This document shows positions 1 to 9,391 of a stretch of 64,000 bases of DNA, in pieces (within the stretch, counting starts at the first letter, position 1; every line of letters begins with the position of its first letter). The position numbers and the translations under genes were made by a program. Below the pieces are notes generated by a model, which saw only the letters and a list, made by a program, of their open reading frames with translations, was not told the DNA's origin and did no database searches. This DNA comes from Pseudomonadota bacterium (GTDB lineage Bacteria > Pseudomonadota > Alphaproteobacteria > Acetobacterales > Acetobacteraceae), in NCBI GenBank assembly GCA_023424475.1, contig JAFADX010000005.1, positions 400 to 64,399 on the forward strand, read 5' to 3'.

Positions 1-174
1 AAACGAGACGCCGCCCGCCGGCGCCGCGTCATCGGCGACGATGGTGACGAAGCCGAGGGAGACGTCGATCACCGTCGCGACGATGCTGATCAGCAGGATC
101 GGCAGGACGTAGCCCAGCCACCAGGTCGCCCGCCTGATCCTGCCCCCGAAGCTGAACCACTGCCCGATCGTCAT
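1..174 (-). CDS. DUF805-family inner-membrane protein, N-terminal part only (gene runs off the left edge)
   Basis: Reverse-strand ATG at 174-172 reads MTIGQWFSFGGRIRRATWWLGYVLPILLISIV..., the WFSF-GRI-RR-W signature and hydrophobic helices typical of DUF805. It is absent from the ORF track because it is open at the window edge. Confidence 0.5.
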   Translation of the reverse strand, partial: MTIGQWFSFGGRIRRATWWLGYVLPILLISIVATVIDVSLGFVTIVADDAAPAGGVSF

Positions 175-335
175 GCGTCCGCTCCCGTTGACGAACTGTT
201 TCACAGCACCATGCCCGGCCGCCCCGGCGCAAGTCCGCGGAACCTTGCCCGCACACGATTCGTTGCATAACGTCGCATTGTCGAAACAGGGCGGCCTGCG
301 CAGGAGCGCCCATTCTGCCGGGAGGCCCGTATCGC

Positions 336-725
336 ATGTTCCGCCGCAAACTGACCGCCCTCTTCGCACTGCTCGGGGCCGCCGCGGTTTCGGCCTGTGC
401 CCCGCAGACGGTCTACGTCCCGCAGCCGACCTATGTCGCGCCGGCGCCGGTAGCCTGCGACACGCGCTTCCGGGTGGTGAACAACTCCTCCCTCACCGTC
501 ATGCAGCTCTTCTTCAGCCATGCGAGCATCAGCAACTGGGGCGTCGACCAGCTCGGTTCGAACGTGCTGCCGCCCGGGCGCTTCGTGAACTACTCGGCCA
601 ACAACGCGGGCCAGTACGACTTCCGCATCGTCTGGCAGAACGGCCGTGCCGCGGAACTGCGCCGCGTCGATATCTGCCGCGCCAGCCGCATCGTCGTGAC
701 GAATTCGGGCCTCTACGCCCGGTAA
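336..725 (+). CDS. Small secreted lipoprotein, function unknown
   Basis: 129-aa ORF with a signal peptide and lipobox (LLGAAAVSAC). High GC3, and no strong competing ORF. Confidence 0.55.
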   Translation: MFRRKLTALFALLGAAAVSACAPQTVYVPQPTYVAPAPVACDTRFRVVNNSSLTVMQLFFSHASISNWGVDQLGSNVLPPGRFVNYSANNAGQYDFRIVWQNGRAAELRRVDICRASRIVVTNSGLYAR

Positions 726-794
726 CCGGCTCGCCGCGGCGCGGGCATCGCGATAGCCTCCCTGGCGTCACCCCACGCCAAGGAGGCTTTTTTC

Positions 795-1268
795 ATGGCC
801 GAGGACCGCCTGGGAATCCTGGAGCAGCGGCGCATCGAGGCCGCCTTCGCCAAGGGCATCTACGAGGAGATGAAGGCCGACCTGGGCGAGGCCCGGGCGA
901 AGGACATCCTCTCCCGCGCCATCGTGAAGCTCGCGAAGCAGGGCGCCGCGGAGATGGCGAAGGAGGCGCCGGGCGGCGAGCCGTCGCTGGCCCATTTCAT
1001 CGCCCTGCAGCCGCTCTGGACCAAGGGCGACGCCCTGCGCATCGAAACGCTGCGCAAGGACGAGACCCACTACGACTTCAACGTCACCCGCTGCCGCTAT
1101 GCCGAGATGTACCGCGAGATGGGCCTCGCCGAGCTCGGCGCCGTGCTGTCCTGCAATCGCGATGGCGCCTTCTGCGAAGGCTACCACCCGAAGCTGAAGC
1201 TCGAGCGTACGCAGACCATCATGGGTGGCGCCAGCCATTGCAACTTCCGCTACCGCATGGAGGACTGA
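795..1268 (+). CDS. L-2-amino-thiazoline-4-carboxylic acid (ATC) hydrolase family protein
   Basis: 157 aa. The Cys-rich C-terminal pattern (VTRCRYAEMYREMGL..LSCNRDGAFCEGY..GGASHCNFRY) matches my memory of the ATC_hydrolase family. Confidence 0.6.
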   Translation: MAEDRLGILEQRRIEAAFAKGIYEEMKADLGEARAKDILSRAIVKLAKQGAAEMAKEAPGGEPSLAHFIALQPLWTKGDALRIETLRKDETHYDFNVTRCRYAEMYREMGLAELGAVLSCNRDGAFCEGYHPKLKLERTQTIMGGASHCNFRYRMED

Positions 1269-1566
1269 CCACGCATGGGCGGCACCAAAGCCAAACGCAG
1301 GTGAACCGGGCATCGTCTCCGGCGGCGCGGTCATCGCCATGGGTGCGGCCCGCCGGGCCGGTTCCGCAGGCACCATCGCCGCGGCCGGCCCGTGCGCGGA
1401 GGTCGCGCACAGCCCCTCGGCCCTGCCCGCACGATCCGGCCCGGCGGACATGATCGCCGATCCCCCCGGCCGGAACCGCATCCGGCGCCGCGACCGAGGC
1501 CGCGCCCCGCATTGATGCGCGGCCCGCTTCGGGCCACGCTGCGCGGGCCCCGGAAGGACCGACGCC

Positions 1567-2538
1567 ATGATCCACCGCCGCCATCTCGTCGCGGCCGCCG
1601 CCGCGGCGCTGGCCGGGCCCGCCCTTGCCCAGGCCCGCTGGCCGGACCGGCCGGTGCGCCTGATCCTGCCGGATGCGCCCGGCAGCGGGAACGACACCAC
1701 TGCGCGGCTGATCGGGCCGTTGCTGGAGGCACGGCTCGGCCAGCCCTTCGTGCCCGACAACCGCGGCGGCGCCGGCGGGCGCATCGGCGTCGAGGCCGCC
1801 TTCCGCGCCGCGCCGGATGGCTACAGCTTCCTGCTCGGCAATGCCGGGTCGAACGGCATCAACGCGGCGATCTACCGCGACCTGCCCTATGACCTGACCG
1901 ATGCCTTCGATCCCGTCGCGCTGCTGGTGGTCGGGCCGAACGCGCTGGTGGTGAACAGCCGCGTGCTGCCGGTCGGCAATGTGGCCGGGCTGATCGCCGC
2001 CATCAGGGCGACGCCGGGGGAGCTGAACTATGCCTCGGGCGGCGTCGGTTCCTCGGCGCACATGTCGATGGAGCTGTTCAGGAACCAGGCGGGCCTCGAC
2101 ATCCAGCACGTGCCCTATCGCGGCACGCCGGCACTCGCCCAGGCGGTGATCTCGGGCGAGGCGCCGGTCGCCTTCGTCAACCTCGTGAACATCATGCCCT
2201 ACATCCAGCGGGGCGAGGTCAGGCTGCTCGCCGTCACCACGCTGCAGCGACACCCCGACCTGCCGGACACTCCGACCGTGAGCGAGAGCGGCCTGCAGGG
2301 CTTCGAGACGGTGGCCTGGAACGGCATCCTCGCACCCAAGGGCACGCCCATGTCGATCCGCCGGCAGCTATGGGACGCGCTGAACGCGCTGAAGTCCAAC
2401 GCCATGCTGCTCGACCGCGTGCGGCTGCTCGGCGGCACCTTCGTGGTCTCCACCCCGGCCGAGTTCCAGGCGCGCATCGAGAGCGACATCGCCAAGTGGA
2501 AGCGCCTGGCCGCCGCCGCCAACATCCAGGCCCAGTGA
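1567..2538 (+). CDS. Bug-family (TctC-like) tripartite tricarboxylate transporter substrate-binding protein
   Basis: 323 aa. Tat-like signal, then WPDRPVRLILP..GSGND, YASGGVGSSAHM and PDLPTV motifs typical of Bug/TctC proteins. Confidence 0.85.
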   Translation: MIHRRHLVAAAAAALAGPALAQARWPDRPVRLILPDAPGSGNDTTARLIGPLLEARLGQPFVPDNRGGAGGRIGVEAAFRAAPDGYSFLLGNAGSNGINAAIYRDLPYDLTDAFDPVALLVVGPNALVVNSRVLPVGNVAGLIAAIRATPGELNYASGGVGSSAHMSMELFRNQAGLDIQHVPYRGTPALAQAVISGEAPVAFVNLVNIMPYIQRGEVRLLAVTTLQRHPDLPDTPTVSESGLQGFETVAWNGILAPKGTPMSIRRQLWDALNALKSNAMLLDRVRLLGGTFVVSTPAEFQARIESDIAKWKRLAAAANIQAQ

Positions 2539-2540
2539 GC

Positions 2541-3692
2541 ATGCGAATCACCGCGATCGAATTCCTCGGCGTCAACGTCACGCCCAAGACGAACTGGTCC
2601 TTCATCCTGGTGCGCACCGAGGACGGGCGCACCGGAACCGGGGAATGCACCCTGGCGAACCAGGAGGCGCTGCTCGAGGCCGAGACCGCGCGCCTCGCCG
2701 CCAACCTCCCCGGCGAGGACGCGCTCGCCCGCAACCGCATCGCGCGGCTCATCCCCCATGCGCCTGGCGGGCTCGTCGCGCATGCCGTGCTCTCGGCCTT
2801 CGAGCAGGCGCTGTGGGACCTGGCGGGCCAGGCGGCGGGGCGGCCGATCCACGCGCTGCTCGGCGGCAGGCTGCGCGACGCGGTGCCGCTCTATGCCAAC
2901 ATCAATCGCGGCGCCGATCCGCGCACGCCCGAAGGCTTCGCCGCCGCCGCCCGCCGCGCGGCGGCCGAGGGCTTCCGCGCCGTGAAGCTCGCGCCCTTCG
3001 AGCCGCTGGTCTGGGAAGATGCCGCGGATGCCGCGCAGCGCGGCGCCTATGCCCAGGGCCTCGCGCGCATCGCCGCAGTCCGCGACGCCGTGGGGCCGGG
3101 CATCGACATCATGGTCGATGCCCATTGGCGCTTCTCCCCGGGCGGTGCCGCGCGGCTGGTGCAGGATGTCGCGCCCTTCGGCCTGTTCTGGCTGGAATGC
3201 CCGGTCTCGGAGGCGAACCACGCCGCCATCCGGCGCCTGCGCGCCATGGCCAACGACCGCGGCATGCGCCTTGCGGGCGCCGAGACGCTCGCCGGCCTCG
3301 GCGCCTATCGCGCCATCATCGAGGCGGGCTGCTATGACGTGCTGATGCCCGACATCAAATACGCCGGGGGCCATGAGGAGATCCGGCGCATCGCCGCCCT
3401 GGCCCAGACCGCCGGCATCGGGATCGCGCCACACAACCCCACGGGCCCGGTCTGCCACGCGCATTCGGTGCACCTCTGCGCCACCCTCCCGAACCTGCTG
3501 CCGCTCGAGGTGCAGTTCGGCGAGACGGAGCGCTTCTTCACCCTGGTCACCGGGCACGATCTCCGCTTCGACCGCGGCAGCGCGGCGCTTCCCGACGCGC
3601 CCGGCCTCGGCGATGCGCTGGACGAGGCCGGCGCGCGGCTGACGCCCTGGCAGCCCATGCCGAGACCCTGGCTGGACCCGAGGCTCGGCTGA
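2541..3692 (+). CDS. Enolase-superfamily enzyme (mandelate racemase/muconate lactonizing family, galactonate-dehydratase-like)
   Basis: Internal ATG at 2541, 3 nt after the Bug gene stop. MRITAIEFLGVNVTPKTNWSFILVRTEDGRTGTGE capping domain, then DIMVDAHWRF / WLECP / LAGAE / DIKYAGG barrel motifs. Confidence 0.85.
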   Translation: MRITAIEFLGVNVTPKTNWSFILVRTEDGRTGTGECTLANQEALLEAETARLAANLPGEDALARNRIARLIPHAPGGLVAHAVLSAFEQALWDLAGQAAGRPIHALLGGRLRDAVPLYANINRGADPRTPEGFAAAARRAAAEGFRAVKLAPFEPLVWEDAADAAQRGAYAQGLARIAAVRDAVGPGIDIMVDAHWRFSPGGAARLVQDVAPFGLFWLECPVSEANHAAIRRLRAMANDRGMRLAGAETLAGLGAYRAIIEAGCYDVLMPDIKYAGGHEEIRRIAALAQTAGIGIAPHNPTGPVCHAHSVHLCATLPNLLPLEVQFGETERFFTLVTGHDLRFDRGSAALPDAPGLGDALDEAGARLTPWQPMPRPWLDPRLG

Positions 3693-4597
3693 TGCCCATC
3701 TGGGTTGCGGCGACACTCCTCGCCGGCCTCTTCCAGACCTGGCGCACCGCCCTGCAGCAGAAGCTGCGCGGGCAGCTTTCGGTCAATGCCGCGGCGGTGG
3801 TGCGCTACCTCTACGGCGTGCCGGTCGGGATGCTGCTGGTCACGCTCTACCTCACCCTCATCGGCGGGCACCTTTCCACCATCACCGGCACCTACCTGGT
3901 CTACTGCGCTCTCGGCGGCTTCGGGCAGATCATAGGCACCAATCTGCTCATCATGTCCTTCGGGCATCGCGGCTTCGCGGTCGGCACCGCCTATTCCAAG
4001 ACCGAAGCCGTGCAGGCCGCCTTCATCGCGCTGATCTTCCTCGGTGAGTCCTTCCCGGCGCTCGCCTGGGCGGGCATCGCCGTCTCGGTGTCGGGGACGC
4101 TCTACCTGTCGCTCGCCGGGCGCGTGAAATCGCTGCGCGAGGCGTTGGCCGCGACGGTGCAGCCTTCGGCCATCTACGGCCTTGGCGCGGGGCTCGCCTT
4201 CGCGCTCTGCGCGCTTGCCATCCGGGCCGCGACGAAGGCGCTCGACGGGCCGGACCCGACGCTGCGGGCGCTCGAGACCCTCGTCGTCATCAACACGCTG
4301 CAGACGCTCATGCAGGGAGGCTGGCTGCTGGCGCGCGAGCCGGGCTCGATCCCGCAGCTCTTCAGCACCTGGCGGTCCTCGGCGCAGGTGGGCGCGCTCT
4401 CGGCCATGGGATCGGCCTGCTGGTTCACGGGCTTCGCCTATGCGCCCGTCGCGCTGGTGCGCGCGGTGGGGCAGATCGAGATCCTGTTCACCCTGCTGTT
4501 CAGCCGGTTCTTCCTGAACGAACGGATGAGGCGCAGCGACGTGATCGGGGCACTGACCGTGGTGGCGGGCGTGGTGCTGGTGCTGTTGGGGCGGTAG
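3692..4597 (+). CDS. DMT/EamA-like membrane transporter
   Basis: 301 aa, about 10 hydrophobic helices. The start overlaps the upstream stop (TGATG), which implies one operon with 1567-3692. Confidence 0.7.
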   Translation: MPIWVAATLLAGLFQTWRTALQQKLRGQLSVNAAAVVRYLYGVPVGMLLVTLYLTLIGGHLSTITGTYLVYCALGGFGQIIGTNLLIMSFGHRGFAVGTAYSKTEAVQAAFIALIFLGESFPALAWAGIAVSVSGTLYLSLAGRVKSLREALAATVQPSAIYGLGAGLAFALCALAIRAATKALDGPDPTLRALETLVVINTLQTLMQGGWLLAREPGSIPQLFSTWRSSAQVGALSAMGSACWFTGFAYAPVALVRAVGQIEILFTLLFSRFFLNERMRRSDVIGALTVVAGVVLVLLGR

Positions 4598-4598
4598 C

Positions 4599-4631
4599 GG
4601 GGGGAGGAACTTCTCCCTTGGCTCCCCCTTT
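4599..4631 (+). terminator. G/C-rich hairpin followed by TTT, candidate terminator after the DMT gene
   Basis: GGGGGAG ... CTCCCCC arms with an inner GGGAG/CTCCC pairing, then CTTTG. Lies 2 nt after the stop at 4597. Confidence 0.35.
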
Positions 4632-4933
4632 GTCGAACTGCCGGTCCTGGCTGAGAGGTACGAGCCGAAGGCAGCGCCACCTGCGGCGCTGTCCACCCCG
4701 CCGGCGTGCCGCATGACCACAACGGCCGGTTCGATGCCCGGGGAGGCGCCCGGGTCGCCGGGGAGGCGAGATCACGATCAGCGCCCGGGCTGCCTCGAGC
4801 ACTTCCTCCCGGTCTCCGTCCATGAGGATATGTGGTGGGGGCCACGCCCGCGCCCATGGTCAGGACATGCGGACGGGAATGAACCGCGGTCGGCGTGAGC
4901 GCGGCCCGCCATATGCTCAGCGCAGCGGTATGC

Positions 4934-6001
4934 TCAGCGCAGCGGCGGAGCGTAGAGGATGCCGCCATCCGTGTAGAGCCGGTTGATCCCCCGATCGACA
5001 CCGAGCGGCGTCGAGGGTCCGAGATTGCGCTCGAAGATCTCGCCATAGTTGCCGAGTGCCTCGATGATGCGCAGGCCGAAGTCGTTGCTGATGCCGAGCG
5101 TCTCGCCGAGCGCGCCCTCGACGCCCAGCAGTCGCCGCACCTGCGGGTCGCGGCTGTTCAGTTGCTCCCGGACATTGGCCCTGGTGATGCCGAGTTCCTC
5201 GGCATTGATGAGCGTGAAGACCGCCCAGCCGACGATGTCGTGGAAGCGGTCGTCGCCGTGGCGCACCGAGACGGTCAGCGGCTCCTTGGACAGGCGCTCC
5301 GGCAGGACGATGTGGTCGCGGGGGTTCTGCAGCGTGGTGCGCTGCGCGTAGAGGATGGTCGAATCGTAGGTGATCGCGTCGCAGCGGCCGGCATCGTAGG
5401 CGCGGGTCAGCTCGACGCGCGATTCGATGACCAGTGGCGTGAACCGCAGGTTCCGCGCCCTGAACCAGTCGGTGAGGTTGAGTTCGGTGGTGGTGCCGGG
5501 CGGCACGCAGATCGTCGCGCCGTCGAGCTTCGTGGCGCTGTCGATGCCGAGCGAGCGGCGCACCATGATGCCCTGGCCGTCATAGAATATGATGGCCGGG
5601 AAGTTGAAGCCGAGCTGCGAGTCGCGCTGCATCGTCCAGGTCGTGCTGTTGGTCGCGACGTCGATCTCGCCCGATTGCAGCGCCGGGAAGCGCGCCTGGG
5701 TCGAGAGGGGCACGATGGTGATCTTGCTCGGGTCGCCGAGGATCATGATGGCGATGGCGCGGCAGAGATCGACGTTGAAGCCCTGCCATTCGCCGCGCGA
5801 ATCGGGTGCACCGAAGCCGGGGTTGCTCGGCCCCTGCACGCCGCAGCGCAGCGTGCCGCGCTGGCGGACCGCCTCGGTCGTGTTCGCCTGCGGCTGCGCC
5901 TGCGCGAAGGCGTGGCCGGCGCCCAGCACGACGGCCAGCACCGCGGCGGGTCCGAGGATCGCGGCAATGCGCCGCATCGGGGTCTTCCGCTTCGTCTGCA
6001 T
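4934..6001 (-). CDS. General L-amino-acid ABC transporter substrate-binding protein (AapJ/BztA-like)
   Basis: 355 aa. GTLRCGV..GFNVDLCRA..ALQSGEIDV..TTW..YDGQG..GTTTELNL..SKEPL..GNYGEIFERN..LYAPP follows the AapJ pattern along its whole length. An alternative start is at 5977. Confidence 0.85.
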   Translation of the reverse strand: MQTKRKTPMRRIAAILGPAAVLAVVLGAGHAFAQAQPQANTTEAVRQRGTLRCGVQGPSNPGFGAPDSRGEWQGFNVDLCRAIAIMILGDPSKITIVPLSTQARFPALQSGEIDVATNSTTWTMQRDSQLGFNFPAIIFYDGQGIMVRRSLGIDSATKLDGATICVPPGTTTELNLTDWFRARNLRFTPLVIESRVELTRAYDAGRCDAITYDSTILYAQRTTLQNPRDHIVLPERLSKEPLTVSVRHGDDRFHDIVGWAVFTLINAEELGITRANVREQLNSRDPQVRRLLGVEGALGETLGISNDFGLRIIEALGNYGEIFERNLGPSTPLGVDRGINRLYTDGGILYAPPLR

Positions 6002-6037
6002 CTCGATGCCTCCTTGCCTTTCCCAGTTGTATCGGCG

Positions 6038-7414
6038 TCACAGGACGCCCTTGCTTTCATCGCCGCGAAGCTCCGCCATCAGGACCGGATCGTCGTAGCG
6101 TCGCAGCGTGAAGAGATCAGCGTAGCCCGTCCGCGGCTTGCCCTGCATCCAGGCGGCGCAGAGTGCGCCCGTGGCGGTCGCGGCCATGGTGCCGAAGCCC
6201 GACAGCGCACCCGCCATGAAGGCACCAGGCGTGCGCATGGGTCCGATCAACGGCCAGTTCTCGGGCGTCATGGGGTAGTAGCCCCCATAGTGGCGCGCGC
6301 CGCGCGGCAGCCGGCCGATATAGGCAGCGAGCGCGGGGTTGAGGCGGCTCGCCCCGCGCAGCACCACGTCGGGGAAGTTGGCATCGACCGGCGGAGGCTC
6401 GGCATGCGGGTCGGAGGAGGTCCGGTTATAGGCCCAGCCCAGCTTCAGCCAGGTGCCGTTGTCGCCGCCTTCCGGCCGGCAGTGGATCGCGCCGGGCATC
6501 GGCCGGGTGAGCGGCGCCGTCTCCGGATCGGAGGCGAGGATCTCGCGCTCCTCCTCCGTCCAGGACAGTGTCTGGCCGTCCAGGTCGATGGAAAAGGGCA
6601 TGGCGCGCGGGATGGCGCGCTCGCGGTCCTCGAAGGCGATCTTCTGCTGGAAGACGGTCTGCAGCGGCACCGTCTCGCCCAGCATGGCCGCGACCTCGGC
6701 GAAGAAGGGGCCGGCCGCGTTGACGATGCGGTCCGCGCGCAGCGTCGCCGGTCCATTCACGCCGTCCAGCCGCAGCGTGAAGGGCGCTGCGCCCTCGATG
6801 CCGGCAAGGCGCGCGCGCAGCAGCCGCCCACCGGCGGCGCGGATCTGCTCCAGCATCCACGCCCCCATCTGCTGACCGCTGATGTCACCCGCGCGCCGGA
6901 TATGGAGCACCGTTGCGATGTCATGCGCATAGGACGGGAAATGCGTGCGGATAAGGATGCGGTCCATCAGCACATCCACGCCATCGGGCGCCGACCGCCA
7001 GTCCGCCGAGGTCGCCGGGGCGTATCCGGTGCCGCCGCCCTTGTGGAAGCGGATGCGCGCCGCCGCGCGCTCGCCATAGCCGCGCTCCAGCTCGGCGAAG
7101 AGGTCCTCGGGGTTCTCGCGCCGGGTGACGAGCGCGTAGCCCCTGCGGGTCATACGCAGGCGGTTGTCGCTCGCCCGGGCGATCTCCTCCATCAGGTCGA
7201 TGGCGTCGTCGGTGAAGGCACGCATCACCGGATGAGGCCACCAGTTCCGGTAGTTCTCCCCCGACTGCGCGGAGGTGAGCGCCATGGGGTCGCCCTGCTC
7301 GATCAGCACCACGCGGCCGACGCCGTGGCGTGACGTCAGGTAGTGGGCCACCGCGATGCCGACGATGCCTGCGCCGATGATGGCGACGTCCGTGCTGCCC
7401 TGCGCGATGCCCAT
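6038..7414 (-). CDS. FAD-dependent oxidoreductase (DAO family)
   Basis: Start taken at MGIAQGSTDVAIIGAGIVGIAVAHYL (Rossmann GxGxxG). The longer track ORF would overlap the divergent gene and the promoter region. Confidence 0.75.
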   Translation of the reverse strand: MGIAQGSTDVAIIGAGIVGIAVAHYLTSRHGVGRVVLIEQGDPMALTSAQSGENYRNWWPHPVMRAFTDDAIDLMEEIARASDNRLRMTRRGYALVTRRENPEDLFAELERGYGERAAARIRFHKGGGTGYAPATSADWRSAPDGVDVLMDRILIRTHFPSYAHDIATVLHIRRAGDISGQQMGAWMLEQIRAAGGRLLRARLAGIEGAAPFTLRLDGVNGPATLRADRIVNAAGPFFAEVAAMLGETVPLQTVFQQKIAFEDRERAIPRAMPFSIDLDGQTLSWTEEEREILASDPETAPLTRPMPGAIHCRPEGGDNGTWLKLGWAYNRTSSDPHAEPPPVDANFPDVVLRGASRLNPALAAYIGRLPRGARHYGGYYPMTPENWPLIGPMRTPGAFMAGALSGFGTMAATATGALCAAWMQGKPRTGYADLFTLRRYDDPVLMAELRGDESKGVL

Positions 7415-7446
7415 CGGCTCCGTCTTTCCGGGATTCCTGACGATTG

Positions 7447-7464
7447 GATACAATCCTAATTGTA
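7447..7464. promoter_or_regulatory. AT-rich perfect inverted repeat ATACAAT-CCTA-ATTGTAT in a divergent promoter region, candidate GntR/FadR-type operator
   Basis: 7-bp arms read directly from the sequence. It sits in a low-GC island between divergent starts at 7414 and 7518, and a GntR gene lies downstream in the plus-strand operon. Confidence 0.35.
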
Positions 7465-7517
7465 TTGCATAAGCTTCGGCAAGCTCCATAATCGTGTTGC
7501 GGAAGGCGGGGCTTCGC

Positions 7518-8684
7518 ATGTCGGGCGGCGCGGATGTGGTCGTGGTCGGGGGTGGCGCGATCGGGTGCAGCGTCGCGTGCTTCCTGCGCATGCGGCAGAA
7601 CCCGCCGCGGGTCACCGTGATCGAACGCGATCCGACCTATGCGCTGGCCTCCACGCCACGCGCTTCGGGCGGTGTCAGGCGGCTCTTCTCCGGCCCCGAG
7701 AACGTCCGGCTTTCGAACTTCTCCATCCCTTTCTACGAACGCTTCGCGCAGGACATGGCCGTGGACGGCATTCCGGCCGACATCAGCTTCCGCAAGGGCG
7801 GCTATCTCTTCATCGTGGATGAGCGCGGCACGCGACTTCTGGAGGAGAATGCCGCCGTGCAGCGCTCGCTGGGGGTGCGGCTCGACATGCTGGACCGCAC
7901 GGCGCTGAAGGACCGCTTCCCCTCGATGTACGTGGACGACCTCGCGTTGGCGGTGCACTCCCTCGACGATGCCTGGCTGGATCCGCACAGTGTCCAGCAA
8001 GGGTTCCGCCGGAAGGCACGCGACCTGGGCGCCGTGTTCCTGACGGAGGACGTCTCGGCCATCGAGCGGGACGGTCCGCACCCCCGTCGCGTCCGCTTCG
8101 TGTCGGGCGGTGCCGTGGCAGCGGATTTCGTCGTCAATGCCGCGGGAGCCTGGGCGGATCAGGTCTGCGCGATGGTCGGGATGCGCAGCCCCATCCGCCC
8201 GATGCGCCGCTTCGAGCACTACTTCGAATGCGAGACTGCGATCGAGCCGCTACCCTACCTCAAGGACCTCGACCGGCTCGCATTCCGCCCCGAAGGCCGT
8301 GGCTATACCGGCGGCAAGCCCGACGGCGACGCGCCGCGAGGCTTCAACTTCGAGGTCGATCACGGCTATTTCGAGCGCGTGGTCTGGCCGGCCCTCGCGC
8401 ATCGCTTCCCGGCTTTCGAGCGGACGCGGGAGAAGAGCGTGATGGCCGGTCTCTACGACCAGAACGAGCTCGACGGGAACGCCATCGTCGGCCCGTGGCC
8501 GGAATGCCCGGGCTTCCTGATGGCCGCGGGCTTCTCGGGCCATGGACTCATGCACGCACCCGGCGTCGGCCGCGCCATCGCGGAACTGATCATCGATGGC
8601 GGATACCGGGCGATCGACCTCACCCGGCTCGGCTGGGACCGGGTGGCGCGCAACGAGCCCTACCGCGAGCGCGGCATCCTCTAG
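7518..8684 (+). CDS. FAD-dependent oxidoreductase (DAO family), paralogue of 18274-19437
   Basis: MSGGADVVVVGGGAIGCS Rossmann start. Shares DPTY, CAMVGM, PMRR and AGFSGHGL-HAP-VGRA motifs with the 18274-19437 product. Confidence 0.8.
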   Translation: MSGGADVVVVGGGAIGCSVACFLRMRQNPPRVTVIERDPTYALASTPRASGGVRRLFSGPENVRLSNFSIPFYERFAQDMAVDGIPADISFRKGGYLFIVDERGTRLLEENAAVQRSLGVRLDMLDRTALKDRFPSMYVDDLALAVHSLDDAWLDPHSVQQGFRRKARDLGAVFLTEDVSAIERDGPHPRRVRFVSGGAVAADFVVNAAGAWADQVCAMVGMRSPIRPMRRFEHYFECETAIEPLPYLKDLDRLAFRPEGRGYTGGKPDGDAPRGFNFEVDHGYFERVVWPALAHRFPAFERTREKSVMAGLYDQNELDGNAIVGPWPECPGFLMAAGFSGHGLMHAPGVGRAIAELIIDGGYRAIDLTRLGWDRVARNEPYRERGIL

Positions 8685-8695
8685 GAGACCACCGC

Positions 8696-9370
8696 ATGAC
8701 GCACGCCGTGACGGACTCCGGGGCCAGGAAGCTTCCGCCCGCGGGACTGGCGGCCGAAACGCTGGCCGAGGCGCTGCGGCGCGACATCACCGAGGGGCGC
8801 CTCGTGCCCGGCGCGCCGCTGCGGCAGGAGGAGCTTGCGGCGCGCTTCGGCACGAGCCGGATTCCGGTGCGCGAGGCGCTGCGCGCGCTGCAGGCCGAGG
8901 GCCTGGTCAGCTACTCCCCCAACCGCGGCGCGACGGTCACCATCGTCACGGACGCCGAGATCCAGGAGATGCTCGAAGTCCGCATCGCGCTCGAATGCCA
9001 CGCGCTGCGCCTTGCCGTGCCGAACACGGCCGATGCCGACATCGCGGCTGCACGCGGCATCCTCGCGGCATACGACGTGGCGCCCGACCCGGTGAACTGG
9101 TCGGCGATGAACTGGGCTTTCCACTGGGCGCTGTACCTGCCCTGCGAGTGCCGCCGGCTGCTCGACGCCATCGAGCGCAACTTCAAGCATTTCAGCACTG
9201 CCGCGCGGCGGAAGATCTCCACGCTGACCGGCAAGGAACGCCCGCAGCGCGAACACCACCGCCTTCTCGGCCTGGTGCAGAAGGGCCGCACCGAGGAGGC
9301 GGTCGCGCTTCTGATGGAGCATATCCGCGGCACCCAGCGTTCGATTCGGGCCGCGGCCCGCGTGAAGTAG
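8696..9370 (+). CDS. GntR-family transcriptional regulator (FadR/FCD subfamily)
   Basis: ATG at 8696. LRQEELAARFGTSRIPVREALRALQAEGLV winged HTH, followed by a helical FCD-like C-terminal domain. Confidence 0.85.
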   Translation: MTHAVTDSGARKLPPAGLAAETLAEALRRDITEGRLVPGAPLRQEELAARFGTSRIPVREALRALQAEGLVSYSPNRGATVTIVTDAEIQEMLEVRIALECHALRLAVPNTADADIAAARGILAAYDVAPDPVNWSAMNWAFHWALYLPCECRRLLDAIERNFKHFSTAARRKISTLTGKERPQREHHRLLGLVQKGRTEEAVALLMEHIRGTQRSIRAAARVK

Positions 9371-9391
9371 GGCGCGCCTTTCAGGTGCGCC

